From an uncultured Acidobacteriota bacterium (GTDB taxonomy: Bacteria > Acidobacteriota > Vicinamibacteria > Fen-336), in contig CAVUFF010000002.1 of NCBI GenBank assembly GCA_963740655.1, positions 17,790 through 81,789 on the forward strand: DNA of 64,000 bases, in the 5' to 3' direction. A program made the translations under genes and the position numbers. The notes under the pieces were generated by a model that was not told where the DNA came from, ran no database searches, and saw only the letters and a program-made list of their open reading frames with translations. Of this stretch, positions 55,052 to 64,000 are shown one piece after another (within the stretch, counting starts at the first letter, position 1; each line of letters begins with the position of its first letter).

Positions 55052-55543
55052 ATGCTAGCCGCCACCCCCTGGCCCGTCAGCCGGGACGAGGCCACGGACA
55101 TGAGCGACGAGCGCAACGGCTGCGACTTCGACCCCGGCGAGCTGCAGGTGGTCGTGCGCAAAGAGGTGCCGGGACGGCTCGAGGCGCTCACGCCCGCCGT
55201 CGAAGAGGTCATGGCGCAGGCGCGCGAGCTCGAGTGCTCGCGCGGCAAGGAGTTCGAGATCGAGACGGCGCTGCGCGAGGCGCTCGCCAACGCGATCCGC
55301 CACGGCTGCGGCAACAACGCGGACAAGCTCGTCGAGGTGTGCGTCGCCTGCGACCCGGCGCGCGGAATGCTGATCGTGGTGCGTGACCCGGGCCCCGGCT
55401 TCGACCCGGGGGCGATCCCGAGCCCGGTGCGCGGACGTAACCTGTTCCGCCACCACGGACGCGGCATCTACCTGATCAACCAGCTGATGGACGAGGTCTC
55501 GTTCGACAAGGGCGGCACCGAGATCCGGATGCTGAAGCGTTGA
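55052..55543 (+). CDS. Anti-sigma-factor-type serine kinase (RsbW/SpoIIAB-like HATPase)
   Basis: ..ETALREALANAIRHGCGNNADKLVEVCV....LIVVRDPGPGFDP......HGRGIYLINQLMDEVSF. Confidence 0.7.
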   Translation: MLAATPWPVSRDEATDMSDERNGCDFDPGELQVVVRKEVPGRLEALTPAVEEVMAQARELECSRGKEFEIETALREALANAIRHGCGNNADKLVEVCVACDPARGMLIVVRDPGPGFDPGAIPSPVRGRNLFRHHGRGIYLINQLMDEVSFDKGGTEIRMLKR

Positions 55544-55568
55544 GAGCCAGCCCCTTTCTCCCGCTCCC

Positions 55569-57917
55569 ATGACGCCCGCCGCACGCAGGCGCGCCCTGGC
55601 CTTGCTCGCCGCCGTCCTGGTCGCGCTCGCGCTCGGCGTCGTGCTGATGCTGCCTCCGCCCCAACAGGGCACGGCGATGGGCCCGCCGCCGCTCGACTAC
55701 GTCGGCGTTGCGGCCTGCGAGGGCTGTCATCCCGCCGAGACGAAGCGCTGGCGCGGCTCCCAGCACGAGCGCGCGATGCAGCGGGCGGACGAGCGCAGCG
55801 TGCAGGGGGACTTCTCGGGCCGCAGCTTCGAGCACCAGGGCACGCTCACGACCTTCTCGCGTCGCGGCGGCCGCTACCTGGTCCGCACCGACGGCCCCGA
55901 CGGGCAGATGGCCGAGTTCCAGGTCGCCTTCGTGTTCGGCGTCACGCCGCTCGAGCAGTACCTGATCGAGCAGCCCGGTGGCCGGCTGCAGGCGCTCGGA
56001 GTCGCGTGGGACAGCCGGCCGAAGCGGGACGGCGGCCAGCGCTTCTTCCACCTCTACCCGGGCGAGCGGGTGCCGTCGACCGACGTGTTGCACTGGACGA
56101 AGCCCTCGCAGAACTGGAACAGCCAGTGCGCGGAGTGCCACTCCACCAACCTGCGCAAGGGCTACGATCCCGTTGCGCGCGTGTTCCACACCACCTACTC
56201 GGAGCTGAGCGTCTCCTGCGAGGCGTGCCACGGCCCCGGCTCGCGCCACGTGGAGTGGGCGAGCGCGGCGCGCGAGCGCGGCCGCGCCCCCGAGGGAGAC
56301 CCGGGGCTGGTGGTGCGCTTCGACGAGCGCAAGGGGCGCAAATTCAAGCTCGACCCGGAGAGCGGCAGCGCCGAGCCGTCGAAGGTCGCCGCCGAGCGGC
56401 CGGAGGTCGAGAGCTGCGCGCGCTGCCACGCCCGCCGCGGCGTCCTGAGCGAGGACTACAAGCCGGGCCGACCGCTGGCCGAGACGCATCGCCCAGCGCT
56501 GCTCGAGGCGGGCCTCTACTACGCCGACGGGCAGATGCGCGACGAGGTCTACAACTGGGGCTCGTTCCTGCAGAGCCGGATGTACGCCAAGGGCGTCACC
56601 TGCTCGGACTGCCACGACCCGCACTCCGCGAGCTTGCACGCCGACCCCGACCTCGTCTGCGGCGCCTGCCACGCGAGCGAGCGCTTCGCGACGCGCAAGC
56701 ACCACCTCCACCGCGAGAAGAGCAAGGGCGCCTCGTGCGTGGCCTGCCACATGCGGCACGAGACCTACATGGTGGTCGACGTGCGGCACGACCACTCTTT
56801 CCGCGTGCCGCGGCCCGACCTGACGGCGGCGCTCGGCGCCGACCAGGCGCCCAACGCCTGCTCGGACTGCCACAAGGACAGGAGCGCCGAGTGGGCTGCG
56901 CGCGCGGTGCGCCGCGCCTACCCGGAAGGACGCCAGACGCGGCCGCACTACGCGACGGCGCTTCACGCCGGACGCACCTTCCAGCCGGACGCCGAGCGCG
57001 CGCTGGTGGCCGTCGTGCAGAACAAGGCGCAGCCCGGCATCGTCCGGGGTACGGCCGTCTCGCTCTTGCCGCCCTTCCTGGGGCCGGACTCGCTGCGCGC
57101 GCTCGAGGCCGCGGCGGCGGACCCCGACCGGCTGGTGCGGCTCGGCGCCGCGGCGGCGCTCGACGCGCTGCCGCCGCGCGAGCGCGTGCGCATCGGGGCG
57201 AAGCTGCTCTGGGACCGCGTGCGCGCCGTTCGCGTCGAGGCCGTGGCCGCGTTCCTCGACGTGCCCGACGCCGAGCTCGAGAGCGAGGCGCGCGCCGCCT
57301 TCGATCGCGCGCTCGACGAGTACCGGCAGGCCCAGCGAGCCAGCGCCGAGCGGCCCGAGGCGCAGGTCAACCTGGGAGTCGTCAACGTCAAGCGCGGCGA
57401 CCTCGAGGCCGCGCGGCGCGACTACGACACCGCGACGGCGCTCGCGCCGTGGTTCGTGCCGGCCTGGGTCAACCTGGCCGACCTGCTGCGGATGCAGGGG
57501 AAGGACGACGAGGGCGCACAGGCGCTGCGCAAGGCGCTCGCGGCGGCCCCGCAGGACGCTTCGGTTCACCACGCGCTCGGGCTGCTGCTGGTGCGCCAGA
57601 AGCGCATGGCCGAGGCGCTCGGCGAGCTCGCGCGCGCGGCCGAGCTCGCCCCCGGGACGCCCGACTTCGCGTACGCCTACGCGATCGGGCTGCACTCCGC
57701 GGCGCGCACGGACGAGGCGCTCGCTGTGCTGCGCAAGGCCAGCACCGCGAATCCCGGCGCGCGCAACCTGCTCGTGGCGCTCGTCACGATCAACCGCGAG
57801 CGCGGCGCCCTCGGCGAGGCCCGCCGTTACGCGGAGAAGCTGGTCGCGGCCGCCCCGTCCGACCCCGCGGCGCGCGCGCTGCTGGCCTCACTCGGAGAAC
57901 AAACAGCCGGCCCTTAA
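55569..57917 (+). CDS. Multihaem cytochrome (cytochrome c554-like family) fused to C-terminal TPR repeats
   Basis: 782 aa; CEGCH, CAECH, CEACH, CARCH, CSDCH, CGACH, CVACH, CSDCH. C-terminal ..NLGVVNVKRGDLEAARRDYDTATALAPWFVPAWVNLADLL.. TPR units. Confidence 0.85.
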   Translation: MTPAARRRALALLAAVLVALALGVVLMLPPPQQGTAMGPPPLDYVGVAACEGCHPAETKRWRGSQHERAMQRADERSVQGDFSGRSFEHQGTLTTFSRRGGRYLVRTDGPDGQMAEFQVAFVFGVTPLEQYLIEQPGGRLQALGVAWDSRPKRDGGQRFFHLYPGERVPSTDVLHWTKPSQNWNSQCAECHSTNLRKGYDPVARVFHTTYSELSVSCEACHGPGSRHVEWASAARERGRAPEGDPGLVVRFDERKGRKFKLDPESGSAEPSKVAAERPEVESCARCHARRGVLSEDYKPGRPLAETHRPALLEAGLYYADGQMRDEVYNWGSFLQSRMYAKGVTCSDCHDPHSASLHADPDLVCGACHASERFATRKHHLHREKSKGASCVACHMRHETYMVVDVRHDHSFRVPRPDLTAALGADQAPNACSDCHKDRSAEWAARAVRRAYPEGRQTRPHYATALHAGRTFQPDAERALVAVVQNKAQPGIVRGTAVSLLPPFLGPDSLRALEAAAADPDRLVRLGAAAALDALPPRERVRIGAKLLWDRVRAVRVEAVAAFLDVPDAELESEARAAFDRALDEYRQAQRASAERPEAQVNLGVVNVKRGDLEAARRDYDTATALAPWFVPAWVNLADLLRMQGKDDEGAQALRKALAAAPQDASVHHALGLLLVRQKRMAEALGELARAAELAPGTPDFAYAYAIGLHSAARTDEALAVLRKASTANPGARNLLVALVTINRERGALGEARRYAEKLVAAAPSDPAARALLASLGEQTAGP

Positions 57918-57932
57918 CTCGCGGGCGGCAAT

Positions 57933-58042
57933 GCCGAGGTCGCCACGGGTAGCGGCGTCCGGAGGGCTCCCGGGACGGATCTCTTATCTCGTTTCTGGAT
58001 CCGGCACGGGATCCCGGCGCCGCGGAAGGCTGCGACCTCGGC
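57933..58042. other. About 110-nt extended imperfect hairpin in a convergent intergenic region
   Basis: The outer 11-bp stem GCCGAGGTCGC / GCGACCTCGGC encloses nested stems (GCGGCGTCCGG/CCGGCGCCGC; CCCGGGACGGATC/GATCCGGCACGGG) and an AT-rich loop TCTTATCTCGTTTCT. Confidence 0.4.
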
Positions 58043-58097
58043 CAAAGAACGAGACGAACCGAACAGAAACGGAGGCAGGGTTCTCTGGACTGAACTG

Positions 58098-58120
58098 ACG
58101 GGGGGCTTAGCGCCCCCCGT
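58098..58120 (-). terminator. GC-rich hairpin (ACGGGGGGC-ttagc-GCCCCCCGT) 12 nt after the OMP gene stop
   Basis: Seen directly. 9-bp stem. Confidence 0.5.
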
Positions 58121-58131
58121 GCCCCCGCTAA

Positions 58132-59451
58132 CTAGAATGCGTATTCGATGCCGACCAGGGGCGTGAAGCTGTCGCGCAGCCCGTTGCTGTCGAGCTTCAA
58201 CAGCATGTTGAAGTCGATCAGCAGCTTGCCCGCGGGGTTGAACTTCAGGCCGACGGCTGCGTTCGACAGGCTGTAGGAGTCCTTTTCGAAGCTGATCTGC
58301 TTGAACGCCTGCCCGTTCGCCGTGGTGAAGGTGCCCACGCTCATGCGGGGCGAGTCGATGATGTAGGTCCCGAGGAAGTCGAAGGCGAGCGTCAGCCGCT
58401 TCGTGGCGCCGATGTCGATGCCGATCGCGTAGGTGACCTGGTCCGGCATGTCCTCCTTGCTGCCCGTGGCGGGGTCGCCGGCGAGGACGCTCTTGCCGTT
58501 CCAGAGGTACGCGAGGTTCACGTGGCTGGCCGCGCGGCCGTGGCTGAACGAGGCCGCCATGAACGGCTTGACGCCGTAGGCGCCCAGACCGAGGAAGTCG
58601 TTCTCGTCGCCAGTCGGGAAGCGAACGTCGAAGCCGAACGCCAGCGCGCCCGCCTCGCCGCGTACCGGCGCGCCCTTGAAGCGCAGCACGAGATCGCCGA
58701 TGCCGCTCGCCGAGCCCGACTTGGCGAACGTGTGCGTCGTGCCGAACCCGCCGCTGCCGTCGTCGAAGTAGTGGGTCGCGGGGCTGGTGGACGTGCCCAC
58801 GCGGTCGATGACCGCGTCCGAGCGCGCGCTCAGGTCGACCGAGACGAAGGGGACGCCCAGCGACAGGTCCGCGTGGCTGCCGACGCCGTAGGTGACGAAC
58901 AGCACCGACTGGTTGACGTTGGCCGTGATCGAGTTCGTGGTGCTGACGACGTCGGAGCGGCCGCCGCCCAGGTTGGCGCTGTCGTGCGTGAACACGGCCG
59001 GGATTTCGTCGAGCGACACGCCCTCCAGGGTGTCGAAGGTGAAGTGCTGGTAGCTGATGCCGGAGGTCAGCTTGCCCTTGCCGATGGTCTCCGCGCGCTC
59101 GGTGAGGATCGGACCGAAGCTCTGGGTCGAGCGCTGGAAGACGCCGAGCGAGCTATCGAAGGTGTAGGTGAAGCCGGAGGCGGGCGAGGGCAGCGGCACC
59201 GCCGCGAGCTGGCTCGCGAGCGCGATGTTGAACTGCGTGAACTCGGCCTGGAAGGCGTTGTTGAAGTGCGCCGAGTGGTCGCAGGGCGAGCAGGGTTGGG
59301 GCAGCTGTGCCTGGCTCTGCACGAACAGCCCGTTGTCGCCGAACAGCGTGGGGATCAACAGCGAGAGCTTCTGGTCCGAGCTCTGAGCCGAGACGGCCGG
59401 CGCCAGCATGCTCGCGCCGATCAGCATCCAAGCGGCCTTGCGCAACATCAA
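58132..59451 (-). CDS. Outer-membrane beta-barrel protein (MetA-pathway/transport-type OMP-like)
   Basis: Signal peptide MMLRKAAWMLIGASMLAPAVSAQ, alternating beta-strand pattern, C-terminal ..LVGIEYAF. Confidence 0.75.
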   Translation of the reverse strand: MMLRKAAWMLIGASMLAPAVSAQSSDQKLSLLIPTLFGDNGLFVQSQAQLPQPCSPCDHSAHFNNAFQAEFTQFNIALASQLAAVPLPSPASGFTYTFDSSLGVFQRSTQSFGPILTERAETIGKGKLTSGISYQHFTFDTLEGVSLDEIPAVFTHDSANLGGGRSDVVSTTNSITANVNQSVLFVTYGVGSHADLSLGVPFVSVDLSARSDAVIDRVGTSTSPATHYFDDGSGGFGTTHTFAKSGSASGIGDLVLRFKGAPVRGEAGALAFGFDVRFPTGDENDFLGLGAYGVKPFMAASFSHGRAASHVNLAYLWNGKSVLAGDPATGSKEDMPDQVTYAIGIDIGATKRLTLAFDFLGTYIIDSPRMSVGTFTTANGQAFKQISFEKDSYSLSNAAVGLKFNPAGKLLIDFNMLLKLDSNGLRDSFTPLVGIEYAF

Positions 59452-59554
59452 ACCCTCCTTCGCGGCGACGCGGGCGAACGCGACCCGCTGCTCGCGGCCG
59501 ACGACCGCGCGACCGGAAAACCTTGGCGGAGATTATAGGGCGAAAGGGCAGGCG

Positions 59555-61864
59555 CTACTGGCCCATCGACTGGATCTGCCAGCCGGAGCCGGAGCGGACG
59601 AGGTGGAAGGTCTGGGAAAAGCGCGGCGTCGGGCGCCCGTTCACGATGTCCTGCCGCGACACCTTGACGGTGGCGCGCTCGCCGCCCGGATCGACCTGCA
59701 CCGACTCCTCCGTAAGGCCGACCACCTGCGACTTGATCGCCTTGAACGACTCGCGCAGTGCCTTCTCCTCGTTCGTCGTGAGATCGGGCTTGAGCGAGCG
59801 GAAGAGGGCGATGTCCTGGCTCTCGATCGCGCGTCTGTAGCTCTCGAAGACCGTGCGGCGCACGGCCATCTGGGCCGCGTCCCCGGACGACGCCGCGGCC
59901 GTGGGCGCGAGCGTCGCATAGGGCGACGCCGAAGGCGCGAAGGACGGCGACGGGCTGAGCGCGGCGCTCGGCGCCGGCAGCGGGCTCGTGGCGACCGGGG
60001 CGGAACTCGGCGAGGGCGACGAGCCGAGCGGGGAGGCGGACGTCGCGGGGGCCACCTGCGCGTCGGCGCCGTTCGGCCGCGTCGTGGGGACCGGCCGCAC
60101 CTGCGCTTGCGCTTGAGCCGCCGCGGCGCGCGCGGCGGCGGCGGCGCGCGTCTCGTCGGCCTCGCGCTTCGCGGCCTCGAATCCGATCCGGGACTGCTCG
60201 TATTTCTGCGCCGCCGCGGTGAACTCCTCTCGCTTGAAGGCGGTGTCCGCGGCGGTGAGCAGCTGGCTGGCCTGGACGAAGCCGCCGAGCGTCGTGGCAC
60301 GCGCCTGCTCGGCCGCGACGCGGGCCGCGCCCGCCTGCCGCCGGCTGTCGTCGGCCTGGCGCCTGAAGGCCTTGCTGAGGTTGTCCGACAGCTCGTCGAC
60401 CACCGGGTTGCGGGAGTCGAGCAGGATCACGCGCTGCAGCGCCTCGGCCGCCGCCGCGGTGTCGCCGCGGCGGTACGCCGTGCGCGCCTCGCCCGCGGCC
60501 GCTTCGAGCTTCTGCTGCGAGTCGTGCGCCTGGTCGAGGATCTCCCTGGCGTCGGCGTTGGCGTTGCTCAGCTTCAGGGCATCCTCGGCGTGCTTCGCGG
60601 CGGAGGCGTAGTCGTGGTTCGCGAGGTCCGTCCGGGCGAGCTCGACCTGGCTCGTCACCAGCGCGTCGGTGAGGATGCCGAGCTGCTGCTGCTGCACCTC
60701 CGCGGGCGGCGGCGCGGCCGGGGCGGGCTGGGAGCGCCTGAGCAGAACGACGCCCGCGCCGCCCAGCACGACCACGGCTCCGATCGCGGCCGAGGCGACG
60801 AGCCAGGTGCGCGAGCCCTGGCGCGCGGCCGTGACGCTCCCGGAGAGCGTCGGCTCCGGTCGCACCGTCTGCGGCAGGTGGGTCTGGCCGGAACGCGCCG
60901 GCGTGCGCGCGAGCGTGAGCGCGGTGGCGCCGCGGATGCTCGCCTGTGCGGCAGCGATCGAGGGCTCGACGAGCGTCGCGTCGCCGCCCTGGAGCAGCGT
61001 CTGCTCGGCGCCCGACGGCCCGAGCATCGTCTCGCCGCCGATCGCCTCGCGCACCTCGATGAGCGCCCGCAGCATCTCGCCCGCGTCCGGGTAGCGCTTC
61101 GTGGCGTCCTTCGAGATCGCGCGCTCGACGAGCGCGACGAGGCCCGCCGGTATCTCGGGCTCCCACTTGCGCATCGGATCCGGCTCGTGGTCGGTGATCT
61201 GCAGCAGCACGCCGTGCACGGACTCGGCCTCGAACGGACGGTGGTTGGACAGGAGCTCGTAGAAGACAGAGCCGAGCGAGAACACGTCGGAGCGCGCGTC
61301 GGCCTTCTGGCCGCGCACCTGCTCCGGCGACATGTAGTGCGGCGTGCCCATGACCGTGCCCGTCTTGGTCATGTCCGAGGCGCCGAGCCGCGCCAGCCCG
61401 AAGTCGAGGATCTTCACGTGCCCGCTCGGCTGCAGGTGGAGGTTGCCCGGCTTGAGGTCGCGGTGCACGACGCCGCGCGAGTGCGCGAAGGCCAGGCCCT
61501 CGAGGATCTGCACCATCACCTCGAGCTTGCGGCCGAGGTGCCCGAGGGCGCGGCTGCGGATCGCCTCGCGCAGGTCGACGCCCTCGAGCAGCTCCATCGC
61601 CATGAAGGTGAGGCCCTGCTCCTCGCCGAAGTCGTAGACGGTGATGATGTTCGGATGGTTGAGCCCGGCGGCGGACTGGGCCTCACGATGGAAGCGCTTC
61701 TTGAAGTCGGGATCGGCGGCGAGCGTCGGCGAGATCGTCTTGAGCGCGACGAAGCGGTTGAGGAGCGGGTCTTTGGCCTTGTAGACCTCGCCCATCGCTC
61801 CTTTGCCGATCTTCCCTACCACTCGGTACTTACCGATGTGGTCCAGGTTCAGCACTGACCGCAC
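59555..61864 (-). CDS. Hanks-type Ser/Thr protein kinase with TM segment, helical repeat region and C-terminal NTF2/SnoaL-like domain
   Basis: GKGAMGEVYKAKD..VALK; HRDLKPGNL; DFGLAR; GTPHYMSPEQ. One TM helix near residue 350. Confidence 0.9.
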   Translation of the reverse strand: MRSVLNLDHIGKYRVVGKIGKGAMGEVYKAKDPLLNRFVALKTISPTLAADPDFKKRFHREAQSAAGLNHPNIITVYDFGEEQGLTFMAMELLEGVDLREAIRSRALGHLGRKLEVMVQILEGLAFAHSRGVVHRDLKPGNLHLQPSGHVKILDFGLARLGASDMTKTGTVMGTPHYMSPEQVRGQKADARSDVFSLGSVFYELLSNHRPFEAESVHGVLLQITDHEPDPMRKWEPEIPAGLVALVERAISKDATKRYPDAGEMLRALIEVREAIGGETMLGPSGAEQTLLQGGDATLVEPSIAAAQASIRGATALTLARTPARSGQTHLPQTVRPEPTLSGSVTAARQGSRTWLVASAAIGAVVVLGGAGVVLLRRSQPAPAAPPPAEVQQQQLGILTDALVTSQVELARTDLANHDYASAAKHAEDALKLSNANADAREILDQAHDSQQKLEAAAGEARTAYRRGDTAAAAEALQRVILLDSRNPVVDELSDNLSKAFRRQADDSRRQAGAARVAAEQARATTLGGFVQASQLLTAADTAFKREEFTAAAQKYEQSRIGFEAAKREADETRAAAAARAAAAQAQAQVRPVPTTRPNGADAQVAPATSASPLGSSPSPSSAPVATSPLPAPSAALSPSPSFAPSASPYATLAPTAAASSGDAAQMAVRRTVFESYRRAIESQDIALFRSLKPDLTTNEEKALRESFKAIKSQVVGLTEESVQVDPGGERATVKVSRQDIVNGRPTPRFSQTFHLVRSGSGWQIQSMGQ

Positions 61865-62012
61865 CCCCCACGCTGCCCCACGGACGGCGTAGCGTCCCGC
61901 CGGCCGTTCGCCCCGAGGCAGGGCCCCAACCCCCGGAAAAAGCTCGGCAATCGTAGCATTAGAGCCGCCCGGGCTGCACGCACAACCCGGGAGCCCCCGC
62001 TCGCGACGGGCG

Positions 62013-63626
<1,614 letters not shown>

Positions 63627-63725
63627 GCTGTCGGCCGCGCTTCGCCTCCCGGAAAAACAGGGCCGGAGGCCGCTACGGTTTGCGGGATGATAGCACGCGG
63701 CGCGCGGGGCGCCGCCCGACGCGGT

Positions 63726-63995
63726 CTACCAGGCGTTCCGCGTCAGCTGCCAGCCGTCCAGCGGGATCTCGCGCACGCGCTCGCGCAGGCTCTCGATGCG
63801 GGCCTGCGCCGCCGCCGCCTGCCCGCTGCAGTGGCCGGTGCGCAGCACGTTGAGCGCCTCGGCGAGCGAGGCCTCGCGAGCGTCCGCGAGGGGGTGGTCG
63901 ACGTCGTCCGCGGCGGCGCAGTCGGCGGGGATGCCGTTGAAATAGTCCGCCTGGCCGTTCGCGTTCGTCACCGCGAACACCACCGGGTAGAGCAC
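63726..63995 (-). CDS. Hypothetical protein (5' end may lie beyond the window)
   Basis: Open frame to the window edge. No family recognised. Confidence 0.3.
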   Translation of the reverse strand: MLYPVVFAVTNANGQADYFNGIPADCAAADDVDHPLADAREASLAEALNVLRTGHCSGQAAAAQARIESLRERVREIPLDGWQLTRNAW

Positions 63996-64000
63996 CTTGT

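Noticed and set aside
59408-61858. An 816-aa plus-strand ORF, and similar long ORFs at 24696-26030, 26257-27831, 52180-53838, 55476-57695, 50976-52286 and 42125-43534.
   Set aside because: Each is antisense to, or frame-shifted from, an ORF with clear family motifs (kinase, methyltransferase/DUF genes, DUF2339-like, multihaem proteins). All share the Arg/Gly/Ala/Pro-rich signature of non-coding frames in GC-rich DNA.

Overview
High-GC bacterial chromosomal window. Ser/Thr kinases, a sigma-54 activator and many multihaem cytochromes suggest a Myxococcota/Deltaproteobacteria-like host, but that is only an inference. It has two compositionally distinct parts. (1) About 880-19440 is a visibly lower-GC accessory region that I read as an integron-type gene-cassette array. 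About 19 related ~70-bp imperfect palindromes, with an RYYYAAC-like left end and a GTTRRRY right end, each follow a short ORF or toxin-antitoxin pair, all in one orientation. These fit attC sites. No integron integrase is present in the window, and the array polarity predicts intI/attI to the left of position 1. The array carries five insertion sequences: a partial IS110-family element at the window edge, two identical 1624-bp IS110/IS1111-like elements sitting at the same position inside two attC sites, each with its own nested IS1182-family element, and an IS3-family element splitting another attC. Cassettes encode BrnTA, HigBA, two HicBA pairs, a DUF4160/DUF2442 pair, a TlpA-like thioredoxin, a RibD_C/DHFR-like protein, small membrane proteins and several unknowns. 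(2) 19.6-64 kb is ~70+% GC and core-like. It holds a run of small detoxification/acetyltransferase-type genes, pdxST with a divergent MocR/PdxR-like regulator, a YncE-propeller/phosphoesterase, a MacAB-like ABC efflux operon riddled with frameshifts, and a sigma-54 response regulator. It also holds a tightly coupled respiratory cluster (tetrahaem c, NrfC-like FeS, NrfD-like, Rieske, cytochrome b, nonahaem c) beside a NapC/NirT-like hexahaem cytochrome, then ApbE, a multihaem-TPR protein, an outer-membrane beta-barrel and two Hanks-type kinases. Many genes carry single-base frameshifts, often in G/C runs. These could be real decay or assembly indels, and I cannot tell which from the sequence alone.
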